Below, in pieces: positions 37,443 to 51,867 of a stretch of DNA of 64,000 nucleotides (its first letter is position 1; every line of letters begins with the position of its first letter). This DNA is from the human T2T-CHM13v2.0 reference genome, Homo sapiens. The stretch lies in assembly GCF_009914755.1 (NCBI RefSeq), contig NC_060947.1; one strand, 5' to 3'. Under the pieces are notes generated by a model. That model was given only the letters and a program-made list of their open reading frames with translations, searched no databases and was not told the origin of the DNA. The position numbers and the translations under genes were made by a program.

Positions 37443-38439
37443 GAGACGTGGTTGGTGTAGGGGCAGAAGGAGAAAGTGACCCAGAGAAGTAGCAGAGACA
37501 TGTGAGCGGTGAACAGCTGGAGTTGGACCAGTGAACTCCTGGTCACTAGACTGTGTAGGCCCCTGGACAGCTCTACTGTAGCCCATGCTTTTCCCTTCTG
37601 GCCTGAAGAGTGGCTTTTCATAGTTGGGATGAGGCCTGGCTGAGTGGGTATGATTCCTAGCCACCTCATTTCCTCCTCTCTTAAACCCCCTTGGCTAACC
37701 AAAATGGGTGATCAGGTAGATGTTTGAAGTGGCTAGAAAGGCAGGATTGGAATTAAAGGAGGGGGTTGGGGTGGAGATACAAAGTTGTGAAAGGCCATAT
37801 GTTCATTTAAGAGGCATAAGATAGTAAATGGTATTCTTTTCAACTGCACAGTAAGCCCAGAGTTCTAAATGCAGTTAATGCTGAGTTGCTTGCTGATAAT
37901 AGGTGTAATAGGTACAGCAAAGCATTTGGCCGGCAGCATTAATGGATGCCTACGATTCCAGTAGAGACTTGTCTAAGGGATAAAGGTTCTCCTACAGGGT
38001 AAGAGCAAGTTACTTATTAATCTCCTTAACAGCTGCTGCTGTATTTGGGAAGGGAGGCTGCAGGTTGTTTTAGTTTATATCCTTCAGAGATGTTTTGAGG
38101 ACAAACAAGTAACTGCTTGGTATGTTGTGTTTTTCAAAAGATAGCCCTGGTATACAGAGGTGGTAGCTAGCCTGAGGGTTATGTAAATGACTTAGAACAG
38201 GCCGCTCTTTGAGTGGTGCCTCAATGAGCACTTTGGGGGGCTTTTTTCTCATCTAGATGACAAATGGAGGAAAGGTACACTTCTCCACATCACTGGAAAT
38301 TCAGTCTTTTAAACTAAGATGTTAGAAGTGAACTCTGAGATATAGCATGCTAATAATTTTGAGAGAAAAAAATACAGGAAAAGAAAGGTACATAAGTGAA
38401 TATTGTACTAAAAACGCTGTTCAAATGAGCTATCTACAA

Positions 38440-38572
38440 ATTACATATATAAGCATATGTGTACATGTATACATATACACATATGTATGGGTGTACATAT
38501 GTGTATATGTATTATGTACATATATGTATACATATGTGGGTGTATATGTACACACATATACATAAATATATG
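38440..38572. repeat. Low-complexity TA/TG/CA alternating purine-pyrimidine repeat
   Basis: catatgtgtacatgtatacatatacacatatg... Confidence 0.85.
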
Positions 38573-38917
38573 GCAAGCCATTTTTGTAAAGAAAACAATG
38601 CATGTAACAAATCCTGAGGGGGATCCACATCAAATGTTAACAGCTGTGGTTGGGTGATAAGACAATTAATATACTACTTCTTTCTGTGTGCTTTTCTTTT
38701 CCAAGGTGTTTTCCTTCTTTTATATATAACATGAACTACTTTCATAATGAAGAGAACCGTTAATTCTTTTTTAAAAAATCAGAATTACTCTGGACATTTT
38801 CTAGTATATAATTTTATGTCTCAAAGGTAGAGTGCCTTTATTTTTTACCACATCATCTCATTTGTAATGTAGTTCATTAACCCAGTGCATTTTATGGATT
38901 TGATTAAATTAATGCAA

Positions 38918-39213
38918 GGCCGGGCATGGTGGCTCACACCTGTAATCCCAGCACTTTGGGAGGCTGAGGCGGGCAGATCACATGAGGTCAGGAGTTTGAG
39001 ACCAGCCTGGCCAACATGGTAAAACCCCGTCTCTACTAAAAAAAAAAATACAAATATTAGCCAGGTGTGGTAGCATGCGCCTATAATCCCAGCTACTCAG
39101 GAGGCTGAGGCAGGAGAATCACTTGAACCTTGGAGGCAGAGGTTGCAGTGAGCCAAGATTGTGCCAGCCTGGGTGACAGAGCGAGACTGTGTCTCAAAAA
39201 ATAATAATAATAA
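38918..39213 (+). mobile_element. AluSx-like with a ~10-bp internal deletion
   Basis: ggccgggc start, (AAT)n tail, TSD taatgcaa; ctgcactcca missing after gtgcca. Confidence 0.95.
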
Positions 39214-39697
39214 TAATGCAAAGCAAAAATGCATTAACTTGATTTTTAAGCCTTGTCTCTTCAAAATAAAGAATTTTATTTTGTTCCTATTAGGCATTTA
39301 AATTTTTTGGTGATGTATTTCAAATGTAATCCTAAAACAGAGAACGATATGATAATTTTCTGTGTATCTACTAACTAAATTGTGTATCTACTACTACACC
39401 TACTAGATAGTAGATTTTGGCATTATGCCTTATTTGCCTCAGGTATTCAGTTTTTAAAGAAATATGAAAAATTTACAGTTGATGCCCCTACATCTCCTCC
39501 TCTCTGTCATAAATTCAGAGTTTATCAGTTGGGCTTATTTTTATACACATATTAACATTTACATATCTATAATGATTATACAGTATTTTCATATTTTAAA
39601 ACTATAAATGAATCATGCCATGCATATTGTTTTGAAACTTACATTTTTGCTCAACATTGTTTAATATGTTTCCATGTCGACAGACCTGGCTTTAGTT

Positions 39698-39892
39698 TAG
39701 AGGCTGGCAAACTTTGGCCTGTGAGCTAAATCTAGCCAGCCACCTCTTTTTGTAAATAAACTTTATGTATTGTCTATGGCTGCTTTCACACCAAAACAGC
39801 AGAGTTGAATAGCTACAACAGAGACTGTATGACCCAGAAAGCCTAAAATATTTACTATCTGGCCCTTTGCAGAAGAAGTTTGCCAACCCCTA
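39698..39892. mobile_element. MER58A
   Basis: ggctggcaaact...aaatatttactatctggccctttgcagaagaagtttgccaacccct. Confidence 0.85.
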
Positions 39893-40249
39893 GTCTAGTT
39901 CATTCTTTGTGAGAGGGTCTCCAGTGTAGCCTATTGAACATTAAACAATTTGGCTTTTATATATTTTGTCCCCGTTTTCCATACTTAGCAAAAAAATAAA
40001 TAAACTTAAGGCAGCTATGGGCTCTGTTCCTAGATGTTTTATTTAGTGGTTTTGGAGAGAGAAGATACTTTTATTCTTGATTTAGTTTTTCTCAAAGTGG
40101 ATTATTATTGCTTGAAGAGAGAAAAGGGCTGTGTGGTCCATGTGGAGCAAAATGAGAGTTATGAATTTTTCTGTCAGCAACAAAGGAGTAACCACTGCAT
40201 GCAGTTAACTGTCTTAGGTTATTGTGATGTTGTTACTACAATTAATAGC

Positions 40250-40450
40250 TACTACTATGATCACTGAGCATTTAGTAAAGGTCAAGGATAGTACTAAGCA
40301 CTCCACATGCATTATCTTGTTTATTCCTTGTAACAGTCTATTGAGGAAGTAATTACTCCTCATTTTGAGAGGAGGCAGCTGAGGTCCAGAGTGTGCCCCA
40401 AGGTCGTGTTTAAAGTGAGGTTTCAACTTGGACCTCTCCAGCCCCACTGA
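40250..40450 (-). mobile_element. MIR
   Basis: actgagcattt...tactaagcact...cctcattttgagaggaggcagctgagg. Confidence 0.7.
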
Positions 40451-40860
40451 GCCCAGTGCACGATTCCAGGAGTACAGTTCTCTGGGGTAAACCTTTGAAG
40501 AGATGGGTTAGAGGGTACTCTGAGAATCCCTGCTGCCCCAAGGGATAAATTCTCACTGACTCCAGCCTTGGCTTCTAAAATCTGGCCAAGGCTTGATGCA
40601 CAAGGGAGAAGCCTCTGTTTTCCGCAAAGGTCAAAGTTTACAACTGTAGTGGGGATAGTTATTCCACATGGCTCCTTTGTAGAAAACTTAGGCCAGGTCC
40701 ATCTTGTCACATTTTTTGCTATCGTCCCAGCTCAAAACTTTAGTTTCTCAAGGTTTACATATAGTGGATGCTGGAGATGGTCCAAGGGACCTTAATGTCA
40801 GGCCCAGTGCTCTTGCGAGCAACTTAGCAACTGCTCATTCACTTTCAAAGGTTTGACTCT

Positions 40861-41222
40861 TGTGTTAGTCGGTTCTCACACTGCTAATAAAGACATACCC
40901 GAGACTGGGTAATTTATGAAGAAAAAGATGTTTAATGGACTCACGGTTCCACATGGCTGGGGAAGCCTCACAATCATGGCGGAAGGCAAAAGAGGAGAAA
41001 GACACATCTTACATGCGGCAGGCAAGAGAGAGAGCATGTGTAGGAGAACTCCCTTTATAAAACCATCAGATCTTGTGAGACTTATTCACTATCACAAGAA
41101 CAGCACGGGAAAGACCCCCCCCTCATGATTCAATTACCTCCCACTGGGTCCCTCCCACGACAAGTGGGAATTATAGGAGCTACAATTCAAGATTTGGGTG
41201 GGGACATGGCCAAACCATATCA
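40861..41222 (-). mobile_element. THE1 solo LTR
   Basis: tgtgttagtc...ctaataaagacatacccgagactggg...aaaccatatca; TSD actct/aatct. Confidence 0.95.
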
Positions 41223-43435
41223 AATCTATAAATATTTCTTCTCCCCTTTAGTTTATGGCTGCTGTGGGTAAGACATAAGAAATCTTGAAGACTTTCATGG
41301 GGATAGATAGTCTTTTCACTCTGTCATTTAAAACAAAATTACCTTGTGCCTAAAACTCTCCAAATTGCTGGCTCAGACACCTGGGTATTATTTCTCCTGC
41401 TGCTGTGAAATATAGTAAGAATGTGAACTTGCCTCCTATGGCTATAAGCCCCCAACCACTTTGAACAAGACAGAAGCCAAGGCATTAAAAGCTGCTGGAG
41501 ATGCAGGGTTTACTTTTGCTTTGCTTTAAAGAAACAAAGCTGAAAGCAATGGGAATCTTCAGGCATTTTCCCATGAGCTGACACTAGCTAGACACAGTAA
41601 TCTGCACACGGACACACAGGTAAGGCTCATTGGCACATGGCCAAGTAAAAGTTTGTCAGCTGGGATGATCTTGCCTCCTCTACCTGAACCTGCTTTCAGA
41701 AAATAATTTGACCAGTCACGTATACTGCCTATGAATGGTAACAGGAATTCCTGCCTGTATCAGGATAATTAGCTATATTACCTCTGGTGAGAATTTAAGG
41801 TATTAGCATTGGAGAAAGTCTCGTTTTAAAAAAGAAATTCCTCCCAGGCTGTTAAAATTACATCCTATAGATGGACCTCTTTTTCTGCTTGTAAGACCAG
41901 CTACACGCCAACATCAATGACAATAATTTATCATATGTTACAAATACAAAGCTCAACACAAAATGTTTCTTAAGTTATATTAGTTAATGCACATGTATTC
42001 TACTTCTATTACTACCATCACACCAAACTGAGATACCATTCTCCTGTCCCAGATCTATCAAGTGGCAGAAGGAAGTGTTATAGACCCTGGGGTCTAACTT
42101 TAACAGACCTGGCTTAAATCGAGTGTTCATTTGTAACCATGTCAATATTTTTCCAACCCTGCTTTGGGGCCTCTGACCTCCCTTTGCACGAGGTCTCTAT
42201 GATTGTAAAGGTTTGACTAATAAGGATTTTGGAGGATTTGTATTTTAAAAACAATCTATTTGTAAGATGGGGCATTGATCAGATAGACTGAGAAAGCTGC
42301 ATTCAGATTAAGTCTAAATTTAGCAGAATGTGTAAAGTTGTGTTACCTTTTGTGTGAAAAGTAACCCCCTACACCTGCTCCAGCAATTAAAGAATGGAGT
42401 TTGTCTTTCTTCTCTCACTCCTGCCTCTCACAAATCTTTTCTTGTGTCTATTGTATCCAGTTGCCTCAACTATAAATCCTAGGTTTTTTCTTTCAGCCTC
42501 ATTGACATCCCATGAATCACCAAGCCGTGGTGAATTTCATTCTTAGATTAAATTAGTAGCTCTTGCATCCCTTTCCTTCTTTTCATCTCACCACTGTTTT
42601 TTCATTCACTTGGACCTTTACAGCAGTTTCCTGGTTTTCCTACCTCTAGCCTCATTTTATCCCATCCATTCTGTTGAAATAGTTATTTTAAAACAATCTC
42701 ATAAAGCCAGTGTGATAAAATTGGTAGTTTCATGTTATCTACAAGACTAAGTTCAAAATTCCATGCATGTGCTGATAAAAGACCCATTATGGTCCTCACT
42801 GTACTTCCTCCCCATTTTTTAGCTTTCATTCTGGTCACCAGCTCTAGTTCCTCTGCTTAGCGAATCTCGCTTGTCTTCAAGATTTCATTCAAATGTCACA
42901 TTTTGTGGGAAGCCTTGCCTTTTTTGACACGCTCTCCCTGCCACTCTAGAGTCATTTTCTTTCCTTTATACCTTCTTTGAACTTTGCCCATCCATCATAG
43001 TACTCATGTTGTATCGTAATCATTTGCTTACCTGTCAGCCTTCCTCAATTACTCATCGCATTTATTCAAGAAATATGCTAGGAATATTGAGTGCCTGTTC
43101 AAATCCAGATGCTGAGATTTAATTGTGAATAAAATGAACAAGATGATCTGTCAGGAAGGGAGGAAAATAGACAATAAACAAGAAAATAAATATGTTAACT
43201 TCAAGCATTGATAAGTGTTCCAAAGGAAAGAGTTCACGAGGTGCTGGTGTGGGAGCCTACTTGATAGAGTCATCACAGAAGGCCTCTCTGAGGAGTTGAC
43301 ATTTGAGCTGAGTACTGAAGGATAAGAAGGTCCATAATCTACAATTCAGATGATGCAGAATTCAGTGTTTTTTGCTATTTGCTGACCATTGTTAACCTGA
43401 TCGTTCTAGTTATTGATATCTGCTGAAGCACGTAA

Positions 43436-43871
<436 letters not shown>

Positions 43872-44239
43872 AAACCTGATTTTTTTTAAGGGAGATATAT
43901 AAATAATGTAGTAGAAATGGAAAAGGACTGTTTTAGATAACGTCCACATGGGCATTATTAAAAGATGGCCATGATTTAAAGCACTTCATTGTTGATACAA
44001 TTGTGATTGGGATGAACTAATGAAATTAGGGTGGGCCATTCTGCCATTTCCTGAAACTCACATGATCCTTTATTTCTCTCTTCTTTTTCCTTATATCTAA
44101 ACTTGAAAATTTCTCCACTCATTTCTCTTATCCAAATTGATCTCTCAAATCATCTCAAACGTGTGGAGTTCTGCTTTTCCTAGTTAATGTTATTCAGGTG
44201 TGGACTTGCATATGTATAAATGGTTGTGTGTCTTTTTTG

Positions 44240-45230
44240 TGTTTGAAAGACTCTTTATGTTGTGAGAGATGTGTAAAAGGCTGCAAAAATATTTATGTAC
44301 AGTTTAGAGAATAATTTAATTAAAAATCACATACTCACACAGTTAATCTCCCAGGTTAAGAAAGAGAACATTGTCAGTACTCCCAGAAGCCACTTCAGTT
44401 CCCCTCTCCCTCTCTATCATGTTCTCCTCATTCCCCTCTTCCCTTTCCTGAGAAACTCCATACAAACTTATTTACCATCTCCTTGATTTTCTTTATAGTT
44501 GTACCACCTATGAATGAACTCTTAAGTGGCCAAATTCTTTTCTCTTTTTTGGTGTATTTTTGAACATTATATAAATTGAATAATACTCTTTGTATTTTGT
44601 AACTTCTTTCACTTAACGTTGTTTGAGATCCATCCATGTTGCTGCTTGGAGGTATATTTATTCTTTTTCATTGCTGTAGAGTATTTAGTTATATGACTAT
44701 ACCATAAATTATCTGTTCCATTATCGGACATTTGGGTGGTCCTCAATTTGCTTTTATGAATAATGCTGCTACGAGCACTCTTTTCTTTCCTGTTGAACGT
44801 GTGTGAAGATATAGATGCATCTTTAACTTAATATGTAACTGTTAAACTGGTTTTTTAAATGGTTGTATATTGGTGATAATTCTAGTTGTCTGCATCTTCT
44901 TCAGCACTTCCTCTTATTAAACTTCTCAATATTTTTCCAATCTGGTAGATGTGCTTTCAATTTGCATTCTCTGGGTAATAATGAGGAAGTACATATTTTT
45001 GTTTGTTGCCCATTCTTATATCAGTTTCTGGGCCATATTTCATTTTCCCATAAGAGGCATCTTATTTTTCCCCTAACTTCTATAAGTTGAAAGATTTTTG
45101 ATTAATAAATTACATTTTTAAGAAAATTTTTTATTTCTATAATTCTTGGAATTTTTATATAATATGTATAAAATATTTGTATACAGATAATAATTTTAAT
45201 ACAATACAAAATATGTAATTATTCAATGGA
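44240..45230 (-). mobile_element. L1ME-type remnant
   Basis: aagagaacattgtcagtactcccagaag...tttgagatccatccatgttgctg. Confidence 0.65.
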
Positions 45231-45232
45231 TG

Positions 45233-45658
45233 TGATATAGTTTGGAGATTTTTCCCCTCCAAGCTTCATGTTGAATATGATTCCTCATGTTGGAGGTGGG
45301 ATGTAGTGGGAGGTGTTTCGATCACGGAGGCAGATCCCTCATTAATGGCTTGGTGCCATCCTGGTAATGAGTAAGTTCTTGCTCTGTTAGGTTCCTGAGA
45401 GTTCCTGCAAGAACTGGTGAAAAAAGCGTGGAACCTTTCTCCCCTCTCTGTTGCTCCCTCTTCTTGCTATGTGACATGGGGGCTCCCCACTGCCTTCCAC
45501 CATGTGTGGAAGTAGCCTGAGTCCCTCACCAGAAGCAGATGCTGGTACCATGTGGTACCATGTACAGCCTGCAGAACCGTGAGCCAAATAAACCTCTTTA
45601 TAAATCACAGAGTCTTAGGTATTCCTTTATAGCAATGCAATGCAAATGAATGAATACA
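45233..45658 (+). mobile_element. MSTB-like MaLR solo LTR
   Basis: TGATATAGTTTGG...gagccaaataaacctc...aataca; TSD ggatg/ggatc. Confidence 0.9.
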
Positions 45659-46617
45659 GGATCACTCATAGTGTTCTGACTGATCTTGTTTCTTTGCTTC
45701 TCTGAATCTTGCAGCTTATCACCACCAACTGGAATCTTGGCCTAGGCATTTTCTTTTAAGTCCTAAAAATGCCCAGTGAGCCTTCTTTACTACCTTCAAG
45801 TCCCCTCAGTGGCTCAGAGACCTGGCATTGGACTAGATGGATTACTCAGATTTCTTTCAACCATCATTTATGTGTCTGATAAAGTATTGTGTCTTTTGCT
45901 TCACCTCAGTTTGCAGAATTGGGAGTTTTTCAATATTTGATATCAGGAAGGCTTTGAATATTTTTCATCTAATTTCTTTTGGGGGTTATTTCCTTGGAAT
46001 ATATTCCCAAATGTGGAATTATAAAACAATGTATTTCTTTTAACCTGGTATGTCATATGTTAGGAGATGAAAAGATTAAATGACCTATTTGCCCAGAGTC
46101 TGTCCCACACAGGGGCTTATTTAAACTGCATTTTGTTAGTTTAATGAGTAGTATAGATTTTTCTTTTAATTTGACTAAATGTTGAACTCAGGGACTTGAA
46201 TTTTTAAAAAGCCGATTTCTTGAAAAATCATTTATTGAAAGTCTAATGCATATTTTCATTATGTCCTCAGAGTATATGATCAATTCTTTAATTCTTCTGT
46301 GTTCTACTGGAACAAATGACCAATTTATGAAGTTGTTGAGAGACTTGGTCAATGGCAATGATTTATGGCTACAAAACTTGAGACATGAGTATAATGATGA
46401 CTCCTGGAAAAATGTACTTGAGATGTTTCCAGATTAGCATGTGCTCTTTAGCTATGGAGGAAGGCATTGATCATATTGATTACCTATATTTGAAAGTGTC
46501 CTAAATAACCCCTCAGCCATGAATATTCTTCATTTTTTCCCTCTCTGCCAGTTTGTTACCTTTCACCACCAGCCTTAGCTGACTTTACATAATAGGTTTT
46601 GTAATAAGTGTCTAATG

Positions 46618-46841
46618 CAAAAGTTTTCAACTGGGGGTGGTTTTCCCTTCCCCACAGGGGATATTTGACAATGTCTGGAAAGATCTTTGGATGTCACAAC
46701 TGAAGAGGAAAGGTGCAACTGGCATCTAGTGGGTAAAAGCCAGGGATGTTGGTTAAGTATCCTACAATGCTCAGGATGGCCCTGCACGACAAAGAATTAT
46801 GTGGCCCAAAATGTCAGTAGGGCTGAGACTGAGAAACCCTG
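46618..46841 (+). mobile_element. MER20
   Basis: atttgacaatgtctgga...caaagaattatgtggcccaaaatgtcagtag...gagaaaccctg. Confidence 0.85.
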
Positions 46842-49729
46842 TTTTAGTGGAAATAAGTTTTTATCTTTCCTTACATTTTCTCCCCATTCACTGTTATTTT
46901 CATGTTTTGTCAGTGAATTATCAGTTCACATTTATGATCTGTGGAGCTCTAATATGATTGTTTAATCTGCTTTGTTGTGGAGAGTCTATATATGTACACA
47001 TATACACAATAAAATTTGCCAATTTTAAGTGTATAATTTGATGAGTGTTGACAAATGCATACAGTTGTGTGACCACCATCATAACAGTGTTTGATATGTT
47101 TAAATTTCATGTAGTTTCCAATATGCATTCATTAAATAATATTATATTCTAGGACAGAAGGAAACCTGAAGTAATTCAGGTACTGACAGGTAGCTTGTGA
47201 CTGATAGGTAGAATATACATGGTAATTAATGAAGGATAACACCCTTGAACTGACTTCTGAATTTTACCATATTTTAATATTAATCTAAAGATTCTTAATT
47301 TTACTTGGACATGATTTGACCCCTGGATGATTGGCTGAGAGGAGTTTCTATATTGTGAAACAGGAAATCTATATTAACATCTCTCATAAAATACTGAGTT
47401 TTATGTCCACAAATTCCTAGATTCTCTTTGCATCTTCTAGGTCTTTTTTATTCCTGCAGGTATAAAACAAGACTGAGTGTTTGAAGGGAAAAACAGAATA
47501 TATACTTCTTTCCTAAAGGATAATTTCCAGAATGTTGGTTGCTTTGGTAGTTGAATTTAACCTTGGTAAGTAGTAGCAGTTGTCTGCAGTAAAGTGGATG
47601 GAAACCCTTGATTCCATTGCTGAACCACCTTCTTAGAGTGAGAGGTTTGTCTTGACCACTAATTGCTATAATTGGAGCTTGAGAGATGGTTTGAGATGAG
47701 TCTTGAAATGATAAGTGTGTCTATCTGCTTGGCAGGTGTTTTCTCTTTCCTTTTAATTCCCTTTCCAAATCAAGGTGGTATTTGTAGTCAAGGTTTCATA
47801 GGGAGTTTGCTAATGCGTCTCTAGGAGAAACATAGAAAAGCTAGATAGAAGGGTGGTCTAACTTGATTTGTGTCCTCATCATTGTGGTGTAATGAGAATA
47901 TACCAATTTTTGCATGATGGCAAAAAATGAGGTAAGCACTGGAGCACTGAAACATTTAGAGGTATTTAACTACATCTTAATACTATAGGCTATGGCTCAG
48001 AATAACCATAGGAATCTTGCTGTTTTTATTTGTGGGTTTATTTTAGGCAAACTATCAACAGTGCTGAAATGATACTCTGTGAAAAGGAAGAAAGAATGTA
48101 CCCACAAATTTAAAATGCTGTGCTTGCTGGTTTTCTTCTCTTAGCCTTATCCATCAATCAAGAATTGTTGGAGAAAAGTCACGTTGAATAATTCTGCCAG
48201 TTCCACTATGTAATCTTGGGATGAATTGTGTCGCTCTGCATGGTAACCTCAGTATTTCATAACTGAGGATGAAAATGGTTTTTCAACTTGAGAAAAATCA
48301 GGACTCTTTTGGAACAATATTTCAAATTCCAATAAAAGACTATTTTTTGTTTGGATGTTCATCCTCTGTCCCTTCTTCCTTAGCCTCTTAGCCCAAGGTG
48401 CTATTTTTATGTACTGGCAGTCGAGTTCCAGAAGTGAGTGTCTTATCCTGAAGTGCTATTTTGAAATGGCCTTATTCTATTTTTTGAAAGAAATGACTAA
48501 TAAAATGATCCCAGTTTATCATTGTAATGGACTAGAATATGAACAAAAACCTCAGGCATTTAAATTCCCATTTGTCTCTACTCTTCTTCACTGCGTACTC
48601 TTCTACTGTTTACTTTCAGCATGCTTCTTGACATGGAAGCCATTTTGCTAATGGATCTGTGGCTATTTCACCCCAGGTCGCAGCCAGGTTAGCATTAGAA
48701 GGATGGATTGGATTTTCTGAGTTCAGAATTTCTATTTGGTATTGCTCAAGCCTTTAGTTGCTTAGCCACTTCAGGCCACAATTTGGTGAAAGAGCTTAAA
48801 GAGCAGTGCAAAACTTTCAAAACCTGGGGTGTGAGACAGATTTGGAATCTTGCTGTACCAGATTTGTGTCCTGATATTTATTCGATCAGAATTTTCTCGT
48901 GTCTTTAAAAATCCTTTAACAATACCATTAAATGGCCATGTATTTTTTCATCCTGAGGTTCATTTATTTAGCAATTTCCCTACTGTTGCATATGTAGGTG
49001 TTTCCACTTTTTTACTAATATAAGATTATGATTAGTAGCACTTAAATCTTTGTCTTCGCATTTCATTATGTGTTTAAACTAATTTCCTTGTGGTAGAATT
49101 AAGCATGAATATTTTTAAATATTGAAAATTTTTGCTAGAAGAGCTTTCTCAAAGGATGCTTACCAATATGCCCATTAATTGTATAAGAAAATGTGAATCA
49201 CAACACACTCTTGCCATTGACAAAGATTTTTAAAAATTTGGAATGTATAGATTTAAAGATGGTAAATGATATATACCTTTTATATTATAAGGTGAAACTT
49301 AAATATTTGTATTTTATGAATTTTCTGTTCTTTTGCTCTTTTTCTACCTTCTGTTAGTGGTATTTGATTGTTTCATTAGAATGTTTATACATTAAAGCTA
49401 CCAATCCATTGTTTTTGTTGCAGAAAACCAGATTTATCATTCCCCCCTTAATTTATGAGGTAGACGCTAAATACATTATGCGTTTGATAAAACATAAATT
49501 CATATATAGCTATGATGCTATAGAGTAGGTTGACGTTAATTTCCATTTACTTCTCTATAAAGACCTAACTGGTGATAATTCTAAGGTATTGTGACTACAA
49601 ATTTCTGGTCTGATCTGGATTCTACTTTTCTCCAACATTCTTATGACATAACCCCTTGCATTTCTGCAAAATAATATTTGGTCATAATGTATTATCCTTT
49701 TTATGTTGTTGGATTCGATTTGCTAAAAA

Positions 49730-49940
49730 TTTTTTTTGTGACTTTTTTTTGTGACATTCTGTTGCCCAGGCTGGAGTACAGTGGCATGATCATGGCTTAC
49801 TGCAGCCCTGACCTCCTAGGCTCAGGCAGTCCTTCCACCTCAGCCTCCTGACTAGCTGGGAGTACAGGTGTGCACTACTATGCCTGGCTAATTTTTTATT
49901 TTTTGTAGAGATGGAGTCTCATTGTGTTGCCCAAACTGGT
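49730..49940 (-). mobile_element. 5'-truncated AluJ
   Basis: atcatggcttactgcagcc (J-diagnostic); TSD tttgctaaaa on both sides. Confidence 0.85.
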
Positions 49941-51483
49941 AATTTTGCTAAAATTTTAATTAGAATTTATGCATCAATTTTCATGGGGGTTGTTGGTGCA
50001 TAGTTTTCTTATAATGTTGTTGCTTTTTGTAATAACAGAATGCTGGCCTCATAAACTGAATTGGTAAGTGTTCCTTTTTATTCTGTTTTCTGGAAGTGAT
50101 TACATAGAATTGGTACTGGTCTTCCTTAAATGTTTCAGAGATTTCACCAGTGAAGCCATCTGGGCCTGGAGTTTTCTTTGTGGGAAAGTTTTTATCTATG
50201 ATTTCAACTTCTTTAGTAGATATAGATCAATTCAGGTTGTCTGGGGTTTTTTGAGGGAGCTGTGGTAGTTTGTGTCTTTCAAGGAATCAGTCCATTTCAT
50301 CTAGGTTATTAAATTTTTTCAGCTTTTGTATATCTGAAAAAATTTTTACCTTTGTTTTTGAAAGCTATCTTTTGCTAGTATAGATTCTAGGTTGATAGTT
50401 GTTTTCATTTTTGTATTTTGTATTAAATGTATTGGCATAACATTTTTAATAATATTCTTTGATTATGCTTACAGTATCTGTAGAAGCTGTAGTGTTGTTA
50501 CCTTTCTCAGTACTTACATTGGTAATTCATGTCTTCCCTCTGCTTTTTCAAATCAGTCCAACTAGAGATTTATCAAGTTTGATTTTCTCAATAAGCAAGT
50601 TTTTTATTTCATTAATTTTTCTTTCTTGTTCTTTCATTGTCTTATTGTATTGATTTTAGCTCTGATCTCATTTTGTTCCTTCTACTTGCTTTGGAATCAG
50701 TTTTCTCTTTTTTTTCTGATTTCTGAAGGTAGAAGCTGAAGTCATTGATTGGAGACCTTTCTTCTTTTCCCATATAGCCATTCAATGCTATAAATTTTTC
50801 CCTAAGTACTGTTTTAGCTGCATCCCAAAATTTTTGATATGTTGTCTTTTCATTTTCCTTCAGTTCAAAATTATTTTTAATTTCTCTTTTGATTTTTTTC
50901 TTTAATCCGTGGATGACTTGGAAGTGTATTATTTCATTTTCAAATGGAGATTTTTCCAGAGATCTTTCTTTTATTAATTTCTAAATTAATTTATTTGTGG
51001 GAAGAACATACTTTGTATGACTTGAATCCTTTACAGATTTATTGGGTTTTGTTTAATAGCCAAGAATGTAGCCTATCTTGGCAGATATTCCATTTGTGCT
51101 AGAAAAGATTGTGTATTCTACTGTTGTTGGGTGGAATGTCATGTCAACATTGATAATGTTTAAACCTTTCATATCCTTAACTAATTTTCTCAATACTTGT
51201 TCTATCAATAAAGAGAGTCTTTTTGAAATCTCCAGTTATAATTGCGGATATGTCTGTTTCTCCTGACAGTTCTGTAAGTTTTGCTTTATGTGTTTTGAAG
51301 CTGTTCTGAAGCATAATGTTTAAATGTTTAGGATTGTTATGTCCTTGTGATAAATGGAGCCCTTTATCATTATGAAATAAGCTTCTTTATCCATGTTAAT
51401 ATTCTTTCCTCTGAAATGTATTTTGTCTGATATTAACATAACAACATAACCACTCCAGTTCTTTTTTGAATAGTGTTAGTATG

Positions 51484-51867
51484 TGTATTAATCTGTTATC
51501 GCACTGCTATAAAGAACTACCTGAGACTGAGTAATTGATAAAGAAAAGAGGTTTAATTAGCTCATGTTTCCACAGGCTGCATAGGAAGCATGGCTGGCGG
51601 AGGCCTCAGGAAACTTACAAGCATGGTGGAAGGCAAAGGGGAAGCCAGCATGTTCTACATGGCTGGAGCAGGAGGAAGAGAGTGAAGGGGGAAGTGCTAC
51701 ACACTTTTAAACAACCAGATCTCATGAGAACTCACTCGCTATCATGAGAACAGCAAGGGGGAAATCCGCCTTATGATCCAGTCACCCCCTGTCAGGCCCC
51801 TCCCACAACACTGGAGATTACAATTCAACATGAGATTTGGGTGGGGACACAGAGCCAAACCATATCT
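51484..51867 (-). mobile_element. MSTA MaLR solo LTR
   Basis: ctataaagaactacctgagactg...aggaagcatggctgg...gagccaaaccatatc. Confidence 0.9.

Noticed and set aside
38257-38274. 18-nt in-frame microexon candidate (TAG|ATGACAAATGGAGGAAAG|GTACAC)
   Set aside because: Weak donor, and inclusion would insert polar residues into TM1; such matches are expected by chance in 43 kb.
39361-39393. 13-bp direct repeat tgtgtatctacta
   Set aside because: Trivial slippage duplication within degenerate sequence.
26816-41222. Two co-oriented THE1 LTRs 14 kb apart as a possible provirus
   Set aside because: Each has its own TSD and no THE1 internal sequence lies between them, so they are independent solo LTRs.
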